This document shows, one piece after another, positions 13,701-26,790 of a stretch of DNA of 64,000 bases (position 1 is the stretch's first letter; each line of letters starts with the position of its first letter). Made by a program: the position numbers and the translations under genes. The notes beneath the pieces are model-generated. The model did not search any database. It was not told the origin of the DNA and was given only the letters and a program-made list of their open reading frames with translations. This DNA is from Anaeramoeba ignava BMAN. Taxonomy: Eukaryota > Protista > Anaeramoebae. Location of the stretch: the NCBI GenBank assembly GCA_028826165.1, contig JAPDFW010000077.1:124001-188000 (forward strand), given 5' to 3'.

Positions 13701-14944
13701 TTTGATTGCTTCGATTGAAAGCTTATCGAGGATTTTGAGTTCAAAATTGATCGATAAATCAGACCATTGGAAAGATAGAGAGTCGTTTTTATCAGAAGAA
13801 ATTGTGAATTCGTACTGAGAAAGACGAAGAATTGCAGGATAGTGATTTTGGGTGTTAGTTATTATGTTGATATGAAAAGAAGCCTGCCGCAAATTACAAC
13901 AACGAAGTGCAACAGCTTGTATTTCGTGTTCGATTCCAATAACTCTTCCTCTGATTTGGTTTGATTCTGGATACAGTGCTGGATATTCCAAAAACATCCG
14001 CAATGTGCGAATAATGATATATTTTTCCGATTTAGTATTGGCCGCAAATGTATATTTTTGCGTGTGAAGTTTGATGAAAAATTCCTCCAGTTTGTTTTTT
14101 CTTGATTTAATCTTGATTTGTTTTCTTGGTTCGTATTTTGTGATTATTGGATCGGCTCCAATTATCGTGATCCAAATTTCATCAAATAGAATTTTCAGGA
14201 TTGTTGGTATTAGGCTTGTTTCGTGGAACATTTTCACATAAAACGTGGCTTCGCCTGCAATGTAGTTTCTCTGAATAATGTAATTGAGTTTCGTTTTTGT
14301 TTTTGTTTTTGTTGTTTGATCAAGATTGTTTGATTGATTTTTATCAAAAAAATCAAGTGATAAATAATTTTCGTTTTCTTGGATTGATATATTAGGATTG
14401 TTATTTTTGGGATTATTTTTTAAAGGTGTTTTGAAAATGAGTTTTTTCCCATCTTTAATTAATGCTGTTTTGTTTTTTTCTCTTTTTTCATAAATTTTTT
14501 TCAATTCTTTGAGGAGATTAATTAATTTTTCTTCGTTTATATTTTCTATTAAATCTTGAATTGAAATTAAATTTTGGTTTGAAATACCATATTCTTTACA
14601 AGCTTTAATAAAGTAATGAAGATTATAAATATATTCTTTTCTATTTTTTTTAATTAAATTTTTTTTTTTAATTGAATTTTTTTTTGATGAATGGAATAAA
14701 ATTTTATTTATTATTATTTTTTTTTCAATTTCGAATGATTAATTTTTTATTATTTTTATTTTTATTTTTATTTTTACTTGGAAATTAAAGGAATTATTCC
14801 TGGTTTTAATTGATTTAAGAGTTCACATAAAATAATTGAAATTTCTTTTATTTGTAAAGGTAAAATAATTTCTTTGTTTGTAATTAAAAAAATCCAATCA
14901 AAAATTTCTTTATAATCTTGAATTTTTGAAAAAGATTTTTCCAT
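10765..14944 (-). CDS. Large CH + multi-PH-like protein (paralog B); short intron near 14778-14641, frameshift near 13500
   Basis: ATG at 14944; LCELLNQLKPGII and NIYNLHYFIKACKEYGI are CH-like. EIQAVALRCCNLRQASF aligns with EVEALALRCFFRNKAVF of paralog A. Confidence 0.55.
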
Positions 14945-15222
14945 TAATTAAAAATAATTAAAAAAAATAAAAAATAAAAAAAAAAAAAATGAAAAAAGAA
15001 AAAGAAAATTTTTTTAATTTAAAAATAAATTTTGAAATTGTTTTTGTTGTTTCTTGATTGAAAAGCAAAAGCTAAAGAAAAGCAAAAGAAAGATTAACTC
15101 AATCAACAAAAAATTGTAAAAAAAAATTGGATTAAAAAAAAAAAATGGATTAAAAAAAAAAATTGGATTAAAAAAAAAAATTGGATTAAAAAAAAAGTGG
15201 AATTAGGGAAAATTTTTTTGAA

Positions 15223-16951
15223 TTAAAAAATTGAGCAACCACCACCTTTTTGTGGTTTAAGAATATCTTGTAAACCAGAAACAAATTGAGCTGTGGCATT
15301 GTTACTGCTTTTGCAATGAGCTCTGAATTCTTCTTTAGAAAGAACACCATCTTGATTAACATCTACTTCATCAAACATCTGATCAACGATCTGTTGAACT
15401 TCTTCTCTGCTAATATTTGCTTGAATCAATTTTTTTGTATCTTCTTCTCCTCCTTTTTGTGCATCTTTCATGTTTCTCATTGTTTTAACTGATTTGAGAT
15501 GTTCATTCATTAATATATTTGCTGTAACAACAATTGTACTATGAATCATTTGCATTACTTCATTTTTATCTAAAGTTCCATTTCCATCTCTTTAAAAATA
15601 AATTTTATTTAAAATTAAAATTGATTTGAAATTAAATTGATTTAAAATTAAATTGATTTAAAATTTGGTTTATTTGAAATTAAATTGATTAAAATTGATT
15701 TGAAATTAAAATTAAAATTAATTTAAATTAAAATTAAAATTGATTAAAATTTGGTTTATTTACGCATCCCAAAGATCAAATAACATTTCTGCTTTTTGTT
15801 CATCTGATTCTGAAGAAAGGATTGTCATTGCACTCAAAAGTTCTTTAAATTCAACAGTTCCATTTCCATCACTTTAATTTGATTTAAATTTGATTTAAAT
15901 TTAATTTAATTTTGATTTAAATTTGATTTAAATTTGATTTAAATTTGATTTAATTTTAATTTAATTTTGATTTAATTTTGATTAAATTTTGATTTAATTT
16001 TGATTTAAATTTGATTTAATTTTGATTTAATTTTGATTTAAATTTGATTTAAATTTTAATTTCAATTTAATTTTTGATTTAATTTTGATTTAATTTTGAT
16101 TTAATTTTGATTTAATTTTGATTTAATTTTGATTTAATTTTGATTTAATTTTGATTTAATTTTGATTTAATTTTGATTTAAATTTGATTTAATTTTGATT
16201 TAATTTTGATTTAATTTTGATTTAAATTTGATTTAAATTTGATTTAAATTTGATTTAAATTTGATTTAAATTTGATTTAATTTTGATTTAATTTTGATTT
16301 AATTTTGATTTAATTTTGATTTAATTTTGATTTAATTTTGATTTAATTTTGATTTAATTTTGATTTAATTTTGATTTAATTTTGATTTAATTTTGATTTA
16401 GATTTAATTTAAATTTGATTTAATTTTGATTTAATTTTGATTTAAATTTTGATTTAATTTTGATTTAATTTTGATTTAAATTTGATTTAAATTTGATTTA
16501 AATTTGATTTAATTTTGATTTAAATTTGATTTAATTTTGATTTAAATTTGATTTAATTTTGATTTAATTTTAATTTAAATTTAATTTAATTTTAATTTAG
16601 AATGGAAATAATTTTTTTTCGAATTTAGATCATGTTTATTGGAATTAATTTTTTTTCGAATTTGGATTTAATTTGAAATTAAAATTAAAAAAGAAAAATA
16701 CCTATCCATAACTAAATGAAGAAGTTTTGCACCATTTTCATCTAAACCAAACAACTCTTCCAAATGTTTTGCAGTTAAATGACATTTTGTTGGATCTCCT
16801 TTAACAATTTTCTTAATACTTGCTTTTAAAGCTTTAATTCCTTTCTTTGTAATTCCTGGACTTTCTTTTTTTTTTTTTTCTTTTATATTTTTTTAATTAA
16901 TTTTTTTATTTTTATTTTTAATTTTAATTTAAAATCTTTACTATTTTCCAT
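15223..16951 (-). CDS. EF-hand Ca2+-binding protein (calcineurin B/NCS-like) with C-terminal CaaX; exons about 16951-16942, 16864-16702, 15871-15764, 15589-15223
   Basis: Spliced reading gives EF loops DSDGNGTVEFKE, DADGNGTLDKNE and DVNQDGVLSKEE; all junctions are GT-AG and in frame; ends KGGGCSIF*. The 10-nt first exon is the least certain part. Confidence 0.85.
15875..16598. repeat. Intronic satellite (TTTGATTTAAT/A)n, 11-mer
   Basis: Tandem 11-mers in intron 2 of the EF-hand gene; same unit as 60670-61905. Confidence 0.95.
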
Positions 16952-17135
16952 TCAAAATTCAACCAAAAGAAGAAAAATGAAAAATGAGTTTTTTAAAATA
17001 AAATTTTTTTTTTGCTTTTTTTTTTTGTTTATTCTTATTTTCTTTTTATTTTTAAAAAAAAAGAGATAAATTAAAAATTAAATAAAAAAGGAGAAAAAAT
17101 AATTTTCATTTTTTTTTTTTCATTTTTTTTTAATA

Positions 17136-20100
17136 ATGGAATTTAATTTAAATTTAAATAATTCTGTATTAGAATGGGTAATAATATATTTTTGTTAAAG
17201 AATTGCTTTTCAATTTTAATTTAATTTTAATTTTAATTTATAATTCAATTTTAATTTATAATTTAATTTTAATTTATAATTTAATTTATAATTTATAATT
17301 TATAATTTAATTTATAATTCAATTTTAATTTATATTTCAATTTTAATTTATATTTCAATTTTAATTTATAATTCAATTTTAATTTATAATTCAATTTTAA
17401 TTTAATTTTAATTTATAATTTAATTTTAATTTATAATTTTAATTTTAATTTATAATTCAATTTTAATTTATAATTTAATTTATAATTTGTTTAATTTATA
17501 ATTTAATTTTAATTTAAATTTAATTTATAATTTAACTTTAATTTATATTTCAATTTTAATTCAATTTTAATTTATAATTTAATTTTAATTTATAATTTTA
17601 ATTTAATTTAATTTTAATTTATAATTTAAAAAGAAAAATTTTAATTTATATTTCAATTATAATTTAAATGAATTTATATTTAATTTTTTCAATTTTTAAA
17701 ATTTCAATTTTAATTTATATTTCAATTTTTAATTTATTTTTAATTTTTAATTCAATTTTAATTTAATTTTAATTTAATTTTAACAATTTTAATTTATATT
17801 TTAAATTTTTATTTTAATTTTAAATTTTAATTTATATTTCAATTTTTATAATCAATTTTAATTTATAATTCAATTTTAATTTATAATTCAATTTTAATTT
17901 ATAATTAATTTTTAATTTATAATTTAATTTTAATAATTTAATTTAAAATTTATATTTCATTTTTCAAAATTTATAATTCAAATTTTAAGAAAAATTTAAT
18001 TTTGATTTTTTTTTAAAAATAAAATTTAATTTTTAATTTTTTGTTTTAATTTAATTTATTTTTTAATTTTATTTTTAAAATTTATATTTAAATTAAAATT
18101 TAAATAAAAATTTATAAAATTTTAATTTTATAATTCATTTTTCATTTTTAATTCAATTTTAATAATTTAAATTTATAATTTAATTTTAATTGTAATTAGA
18201 ATTTATATTTTATTTAATATTTATTTTTTTTAATTTTATAATTCAATTTTAATTTATAATTCAATTTTAATTTATAATTCAATTTTAATTTATAATTTAA
18301 TTTTAATTTTAATTAAATTTTTAATTTAATTTTTAATTTTAATTTTTAATTTTTAATTTTAATTTTAATTTATAATTTTAATTTTAATTTTTAATTTTAA
18401 TTTTAATTTTAATTTATATTTTAATTTAAATTTAATTTTAATTTATATTTCAATTTTAATTTATAATTTAATTTTAATTTATAATTCAATTTTAATTTAT
18501 AATTTAATTTTAATTTATAATTCAATTTTAATTTATAATTTAATTTTAATTTATAATTTCAATTTTAATTTATAATTTAATTTTAATTTATAATTCAATT
18601 TTAATTTATAATTCAATTTTAATTTTAATTTATATTTCAATTTAATTTAATTATAATTTTAATTTATATTTCAATTTTAATTTATAATTCAATTTTAATT
18701 TATATTTTAATTTATAATTTAATTTTAATTTATAATTTAATTTTAATTTATAATTTAATTTTTAATTTATAATTTAATTTTAATTTATAATTTAATTTTA
18801 ATTTATAATTTAATTTAATTTATAATTTAATTTATAATTTAATTTTAATTTATAATTTAATTTTAATTTATAATTTAATTTATAATTTAATTTTAATTTA
18901 TAATTCAATTTTAATTCAATTTTAATTTATAATTTAATTTTAATTTATATTTCAATTTTTAATTTATAATTTAATTTTAATTTATAATTTAATTTTAATT
19001 TATAATTTAATTTTAATTTATAATTTAATTTTAATTTATAATTCAATTTAAATTTATAATTTTTAATTTATAATTCGATTTTAATTTATAATTTAATTTT
19101 AATTTATAATTCAATTTTAATTTATAATTTAATTTTAATTTATAATTTAATTTTAATTTATATTTCAATTTTAATTTATAATTTTAATTTAATTTTAATT
19201 TATAATTTAATTTTAATTTATAATTTAATTTTAATTTATAATTTAATTTTAATTTATATTTCAATTTTAATTTATATTTCAATTATAATTTATAATTTAA
19301 TTTATAATTTATAATTTAATTTTAATTTTTAATTATATTTTAATTTATAATTTAATAAGATCAAAAATCAAAATATAAATGAAGAAATCAAAGATCTTTC
19401 TGAAATAAGAAATGGTTCCATCTTAAAAACCCTATTTCTTCAACTGTAAATATTTAAATATATCTATTCTTTTTTTTTAAAAGAAAAATATTTATATTTC
19501 TCAAAATTCAAAAAGAAATCCAACATTTTTTGAATTCTTAAAAAATTATCAAATCCAAAAATCTGAAAATTGGTTAATTAGAGCAAAAAATTTAAAATTA
19601 TTATTTGAAGCTTTATCAAAATATTTTGAAGAAAAAATGAATCAAAAAGTGATTTATTTTTATTTTGATTTATATATATTTTTTTTTTGAAAAAGAAAAA
19701 AAAAATTGTTTATTAGATTTTTAAAAATAAATAGTTAAGATCAAATCAAGTAAATATTTACAAAATTGCAAGAACAGGAGATGAACAAGAAATTATTAAA
19801 TTATTCAAATTTATATTTTTAGCATTTCATTCTGAATTTAAAGAAAAAATATTTGAAAAAAATCTTCAAATTTTTATTGAAAAGGTTGATATTTTTATTT
19901 ATTTATTTAATTATTTATTTAATAATTATTTAATGTTTAATTATTTTTATCAAGTTAATTGAAGAAAATGAAGAAAATCAAAATTTAATATCAAAAAATA
20001 AATTGGATTTAAAAAAACCAAGAAATTTCGTTCAAAAAGAAGAATTTGAAGATTTATTAGAAGCATATGAACATTTAAAAGATCAAGCATTAAAATTAAA

Positions 20101-20866
20101 GGAAGATTATGATTTTTTAGAAGGAAATTTTGATAAAATAATTGATGGAAATAATCAACTTAGAGAAAAAAATCAAGAACTTGAATTCAAATTAAATCAA
20201 TCAAAAAATAATTACAATCTTTTGTTGAATTCATGCAAACAATCAGAAGAAAATTTCCAAAAGCAAGAAGAAAAGTGGAAACAAACCGTTTCTTCTCAAG
20301 AAGAGCAAAATGAAAAAATCAAAGAAAACATCAAAATTAAAGATGAAAAAATTTTTCAAATTTCAAAAGATAACGATGATTTAAAAGATGAAATTCAACA
20401 ACTAAAATCAGAAATAAACTCACTTAATCAGGAAATCTCACAAATACAATCCCAACAAAACAGCCAAACAACTCATTCGTTGAGAAAAAGAATCAAAGAA
20501 CTTGAGGAAATTAATGAAAAACAAAATATCCAAATTTTCCAACTTCAAACAAATGAATCAAAATTTGAATCTGAAAAAAAAAAACTGAAGGAAATTATCA
20601 AAAAATCAGATGAAATTGCAAGAAAAAATCAAACCAAAATAGAAGAATTAACAATAAAAGCAAATGAATGTGACCATTATCGCTCTCTTGTTGAAGATTT
20701 CCAAAGCAAACAAACTAATATCCAAAAAGATCATTTGGATAATTCTCAAAATACACAAACAATCACAGATCTTTATATCGTTAATCAAAATTCTGAATCA
20801 AACACAAATCAAAACACAAAATCACTTGCTGATGAATTATCTTTTTTTAGCAATAATTTCAAATGA
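17136..20866 (+). CDS. Hook-domain coiled-coil protein (dynein adaptor-like); exons 17136-17177, 19360-19445, 19516-19648, 19735-19883, 19955-20866
   Basis: Spliced N-terminus SVLEW|IKNQ..DLSEIRNGSIL..QL|NPTFF..ENWLIRAKNLKLLFEALSKYFEE..NIYKIARTGDEQEIIKL matches the Hook domain; long coiled coil; terminal SLADEL Spindly-like motif. Confidence 0.75.
17210..19357. repeat. Intronic satellite (TTTTAATTTATAATTT/CAA)n, about 18-mer
   Basis: Fills the 2.2-kb first intron of the Hook gene; degenerate in the middle (17640-18230). Confidence 0.9.
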
Positions 20867-20951
20867 TTTTAATCATTCAATAATAAATTAATCAATTTAG
20901 ACTAAATAGAAGAAAAAATAATTTTTCATTTTTTGTTTTTAAATAAATTTT

Positions 20952-23226
20952 TTAATTAAATTTTATCAAAAGATCTTGATTAAATTGTTTTTCAAAATTT
21001 TCTTCTTTTTCTGGATTTTCATATTCAATTTCAAATTCATGCTCATTTGCCAAATGAAGTAAAGCAAGAAAGCAAAAATGTGGACTAAGATCTTTTAAAG
21101 GAATTTCAGTTTTAGATTGAGTTAAAGTTTCAATTGTTTTTTTAAAAGAAACATTTTTCGTTTTCGAATTTTTTGGAGTTTGATTTGTTTCAAAAACAGA
21201 ATTTGGATCGTTTAAAGAATTCCAAATATTTTTTTTCAATTTAAATACATCGATATTTTTAGGTTTTCTTGCGTAATTAATTTTGATTTTTTGCGCCATT
21301 GGTGGGAGTTTCACAAGTTGTAATTCACCAAAATAATCGAGTTCATTTTCTTCAGGATTTTCTGCATCAAGAAAATCATCTTCATCATCAATATCATTGT
21401 TGGTTTCCTGATCAGCAAAAATTTTCGAAATTTTGGGATTGATTTGCTGTCGAAAAATTATCTCCAGATCCAAAATAGACGGTTTGAGCATTGAGCTCAT
21501 TGCCGCTAAGAAACGGGTCTTTTGATTGGAAATCTTGAAGTTCGTCGTGTTCGTTTTGGTTGTCAAAGAAGAATTTATTTTGATTTGCTTGGCGATGATC
21601 AAGAAGATCAGAAATTCTTATTTTCCAATGAGGTTTATTGAACAAATGAGTAAGATCCATTGCCGAGTAATGAATATCTTCTGGGAGTGTGGTGTTCTCA
21701 ATTTTGAACCGACTCAACTGGGCTTGAGATAGTTGATTTTTCTCGGGATTTTTCGACTTCTTCAATAGACGTTTATCAACAGGAGGATCAGAGAAATTAA
21801 GCAAGAAAATCTTGCGCTGCCTGCCACGCTTGGATTTGGAGGTATCTGTATTCTGCGCTTCGCCGAGGTTCTGTTGTTGTTGTACCCTCCGTTTCCAATG
21901 TGTGCTGCCTAACCACCAAAGTTTATTTTGAGTTTCATTTTGAAGTTGATCAGAATTTAGGTTCATTTTGCTGAATTCTTCAGCTAGATTTTCTAATCCA
22001 TCAGGATTATTTGCGTTGCTTTGATACCGACTGATGATATTTGTGTCTAAGTATGTATATTCATCTTGCGATTTTTGATATGATTGCTCGAGAATGTGAT
22101 CCAATTCTTGAAATTCAAGTGGATCTTTTTGATTTGTTTCGGTCATCTCTTGATCACCTCCATAATCGTCTATGCTGTCATTAGCCATATCTGCTTCAAA
22201 ATCGTTGTCTGATTCTGTGGCTTCAATAAACATCGCGTCTTTGTGGATGTCCGGTGTTAAAAAATTCGATATATTTGAACTCAGATCGATCATCATTTCA
22301 TTTGCAATGAAATTTGACCAATTTGATTTCACAAAATGATGGAATGATGGACAGATTTCCATGGAATTAAACTGCGGTTTGTCTGAGGAAAATATGTTTT
22401 GACTCAAATCAATGGGGCTTTTTTTGTGATTTTTATCTTCATTTTCGATATTTTCCAATTGCGGATCTTGATCCAAAAAATTTGAATTTTGCGAATCGTT
22501 TTGTGTTTCGTTTTCTATTTGGTTTTCAAGATCTGGTTCGTTTGGATCTGCAGAGAGTGACTTTTGAAGAGTTTTGTTTTGTGAGTCGTTGTCAAAATTT
22601 GTAAGTTGAATCCTGCAATTCTCAGAGACACTAAGTTGATTAAGCAATAGTTTATTTGGTCCACTTTCATTAATTGAAGTTGTTATTTGTTTGAAAAGTG
22701 GATCAATATTCACATTTGTTTCATGTGTTTTCAAGTTAAGATTGGAAATGTTCTTCTCAAGAGTTGAGGAACCTCTTTGTTTTGATTTTCTTGATTGATC
22801 CTCTTCGTTTTCTTGATTTGTTTGGGAATTGAGTTGATCATCTTGATTTTTTGATTTGGAATTTTTCTTTTTTGTATTTTCAGTTAGATTAAAACCACTT
22901 AAAATTTTATAAGCTTCATTCAAAACAGAATCAACTCGATAAGAATAAATTTTAACACTTGCATCAATTGTAAAACTTGCAACTTGAAAATTTGTTCCTC
23001 CTTTTTTTTCTTTTGCTTGATTATCAATTACTTCTTCAAGATAATCAATTAAATTTAAAGACCATGAATTTTTTTGATTTACTTTATTTTCAGTACATAA
23101 TTTAATACTTAATTCATACATATCACTAACTTGTGATGAATTAAGTCTGTTCGTTATTTCCAAAAGTTTTTGTCTTCTTGATTTATTTTGATTTTGATTT
23201 TGGATTTGGATTTGATTTGATTTCAT
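20952..23226 (-). CDS. NCAPH: Condensin I kleisin subunit H (Barren/Brn1); one-base frameshift at about 21417-21421
   Basis: IKLCTENKVNQKNSWSLNLIDY, NFQVASFTIDASVKIYSYRVDSV, WLGSTHWK, TTLPEDIHY and C-terminal INYARKPKNIDVFKLK..CFLALLHLANEH. Confidence 0.92.
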
Positions 23227-23382
23227 AATTTTAAATAAAAAAGAAAAAATAAATTAAAAATTTTTTCATTTTTTTTTGTTTTTAAATTTAACGGACAAAA
23301 TAAGAAAAAAAAAAAAATTAATAAAAAAAGAAAGAAAATTTTATTTGGAAAGAAAAAAAAAAAAGAAAAGAAAAGAAAAACT

Positions 23383-26300
23383 TCAAAATTTGAATAAGGA
23401 ATCTTCTTTTGTTTCTTTTTTCTTATCATTATCAAAATTTAAATCTAAATCAAAAAGTGAATTTTGTTTTTGTTTTAAATCTAAATCTAAATCTAAATCA
23501 AAAAGTGAATCTTTTTTTTGATTTTGTTTTTGTTTTTATTTAAATCTAAATCAAAAAGTGAATCTTTTTTTTGATTTTGTTTTTGATTTTGATTTTGATT
23601 TTGTTTTAAATTTAAATCTAAAAGTGAATCTTGTTTTTGTTTTTGATTTTTAAATTGAAATCTAAAAGTGGATTTTGATCTTGTTTTTGATCTTGTTTTT
23701 CTTCTTGTGAATCTTTTGCAAGAGAAAGATATTTTCTTGGAGTTTCTTTCTTTTTTGAAAGTTTGGAAATTTTAATTTTTTTTTGTTTTGATTCTTGATT
23801 TGATTCTTGATTTTGTTTTTCTTTTGGTTTTGATTGATTTGATTTTGGTTTTGATTTTGATTGTGTAAAAATATTAAAATCATCTTCTTTTGGTTTTATT
23901 TGATTTTGATTTGATTTTGATTGTGTAAAAATATTAAAATCATCTTCTTTTTGGTTTTAATTGATTTTGATTTGATTGTGATTTTGTAAAAATATTAAAA
24001 TCATCCTCTTTTTGTTTTGATTGATTTTGATTTAATTTTGATTTTGTGAAAATATTAAAATCATCCTCTTTTGTTTTTGGTTGATTTGATTCTTGATTTT
24101 GTTTTTCTTTTGGCTTTGATTGATTTTGATTTAATTTTGGATTTGTAAAAATTTCAAAATCATTCCCTTTCTTTTTGTTATCTTCTTGCTTTTTTGTTTC
24201 TTTTATTTCTTGATTTTGATTTGAAAAAAATGAAATTGGAGTTATTGGAGAATTTTTTTTTAAATCTTCCTTAATAGAATCTTGAGAATAAATTTGTAAA
24301 TTATCATATTTACTAGTTTGAGAGTTTGAAATAATAGATAATTTTGATTCTTTTTTTGATTCTTCTTTTGGTTTTTCTTTTGATTTTGTTATTGATTTTG
24401 TTATTGGTATTTTTTCTTTTGATTTTGGTGATAAAAGAGGATTTAAATCAGCAAATTGAAATGGATCATGATCATCTTGAGTAATTGCTTTTTTTTCTGG
24501 TTTTTTCTCTTTAATTTGTTGTTTTTTTCCAAATGAAGATTTTGGAATCTCGTTTTTTTTGATCATACAAATTTGTTGAATCACATTTTCAAATGCCTTT
24601 TTAATAAGTAAAACTTGATATTCCAATTCAAATTTAGAATTAAGTAGTAAATTTGATAAAAAACTTAAAATCTTGTTTCCAATGATTTTATAATCAATAT
24701 TATTATTTTTCATAATTGATGAACATAATTTGAATATTTCAATAATAATATAAGAATTATCCTTTTTTAAAGAGATTTTTTCAATTAAAGGAAATAAATT
24801 TTGAATGATAATTCCAGATTCAAGTCGATGAGCAAGTTGAGATAAAGAATCAAGAAGAATGATTAATGAAGAATCATTTAAATCTGAAAAAGATGATAAA
24901 ATTAGTGAAAATATTTTGTTCTTTAAAATATCTGACTCAATTTTAATGTAAATTTTTGGTAAATCTTGCAAAATTTGGTTTCTGATTTGTAAATTTTGTG
25001 AATGAAATGAATTCTGAATAAAATCAGTTAGTTCTTTTTAAATTTCAAAAAAATTTTTTGTTAAAGTTAAAATTAAAATTAAAATTAAAATTAAAATTAA
25101 AATTAAAATTTTTTTGTTTTTAATTTCATACCATTATGCGTTGAAATATCATTTCCTAAAAGCTCTATAATTAAATCTAAATTCTTAATCAATGATAAAT
25201 TAACTTCCAATGGTTCTGTTAATGAGATAAATTTTTGAATCTGTGGATAAATTGATTGTAAAAAATTCGTTTTGAGAAAATGTTTTGATAAAACAAGGAG
25301 AATTTCAATTAAAACAGAAATAAAAGAATCTTGTTTTAACAAATCAGATAAAACTTGGGTAATTTGATTGATTTGAGAGGGATTGAAATAAGGAATAAAC
25401 CATTTAAGTGAATTTAAAACGATTTTTTGGAAATGTGGTTTTTGTTGATTAAATTTTGAAAGGAATTCAATAACTTTCGTTTCAAAATCAATTAAATAAT
25501 CACTCAAAATGAAATTTTCAAATGAAATTCTTTTGCTTGGATCTAATTTGATCAAATTTATGATAATTTTTTGAAGTTGAACTGGCAAATGTTTTTTTTG
25601 AAAAAGAGAAGTTTCAATATCATTAATTTTTGCTTTGTATAATTGGATATTTTGGTTTGTATCTAGTAAATAATCTTGAGATGATTTTGCATAAATATTA
25701 GCAAGTAAACATCCAAATGAAAAAATATCAGATGAAAAAGTTGTTTTTTTTGTATTAAAAATTTCTGGAGAAAGATAATCCAAATTTGGAAAAGGATTGA
25801 AAATCTTATTGTTATTCTTTTTTTTTAAAACAAATTTAAATTTAAATTTAAATTTAAATTAAAATTAAAATTAAAATTTACTTCATTTCTTTTTTTTTCA
25901 AAAGAAAATTGAGCTTTTTCTTGTTGTTTTTTGATTTGCATTGAAAATATTAAATTGATTTTCCATTCCATTTTTTCATTAAGATAAACACATTCAGGAT
26001 TTAAATTAACATGAACTTGTTTGAATTTTTTATTAAGAAATTGCATTCCTTCAATTAATTGAATAAAACCTGATAAAATCTATAATAAAAAAAATTAATA
26101 AAAAAATTAATTAAAAAAAATTAATTAAAAAAAATTATTTAAAAAAAATTTTACTTTAAATTCTTGAATAAATTCAGTTTCAATTTCAGTTTCACTTTCT
26201 TTTTGTTTGTTTATTAAAAAATAACTGTTTTTTAAAGAGTTTTTAATTGGTTCAATTGCAAAAAAAATTAAATCTTTTTCTTCAAAAATTGGAGATAAAA

Positions 26301-26538
26301 CTTTTAAAAAAATTTCATTTTCAATTTGAATTTTAGTTTGTTTTTCAATTTCTTTTTCAAGAAAATTAAGAAAATTTTTAATTTTTCCTTGAATAAATTT
26401 TTTTTCAAAAATAATTAAAGAAACGTTTTTTAAAGTTATTTTATCAATTGCAGAAACAATTTTAAAAATATTATTATTATTAATATTATTATTAGAATTA
26501 ATTTGTGAAATTTCTTTATTAATTTCAAAATTTTGCAT
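23383..26538 (-). CDS. SCY1-like (SCYL2/Scy1) pseudokinase with HEAT repeats and a motif-rich tail; several short introns and homopolymer frameshifts
   Basis: Degenerate kinase motifs (AIEPI, VHVNLNPECVYLNEKMEWKI, PNLDYLSPE, SSDIFSFGCLL), helical repeats, tail with DPF, DDFNIF and LLDL/LFDLD repeats. Confidence 0.75.
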
Positions 26539-26640
26539 TTTAAGAAAATTGAAGAAAATTGAGTAAAAAAAAAATGAAAAAAATTTTTCCAACTTTTAAA
26601 TTTATTTTTGAATTAAAAATTTAATAATTAAAAAAAAAAA

Positions 26641-26714
26641 ATTTAATGAATTTTCAAAAAATAATTGTCTTTTAAATAAAGATTTAAATTATTTTTATCA
26701 TTTACACACTAAAT
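26641..26714 (-). promoter_or_regulatory. SECIS element (form 2) in the 3' UTR of the Rdx-family gene
   Basis: RNA reads AUUUAGUG-uguaa-AUGAU-AAAAAUAAUU-u-AAA-UCUUU-auuua-AAAGA-c-AAUUAUUUUU-UGAA-aauu-CAUUAAAU: 8-bp helix I, AUGA/GA core, perfect 10-bp helix II, AAA bulge, apical mini-stem. Confidence 0.88.
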
Positions 26715-26790
26715 TCTTTTTTTTATATATATAAATTTTAATTCCAAAAATAAAAATAAAAAGAAAAATAAAAAGGAATAAAATTTGTTT

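Noticed and set aside
17640-18230. Degenerate segment inside the Hook intron as an inserted element
   Set aside because: Same repeat units with scattered indels; consistent with low-quality consensus or old repeat decay.
21410-21430. Programmed frameshift in condensin H at GAA AAT TTT TGC TGA (contains A_AAU_UUU)
   Set aside because: The conserved C-terminus needs a +1 shift, not the -1 this heptamer promotes; one extra T in a homopolymer, like many other breaks in the window, points to sequencing error.
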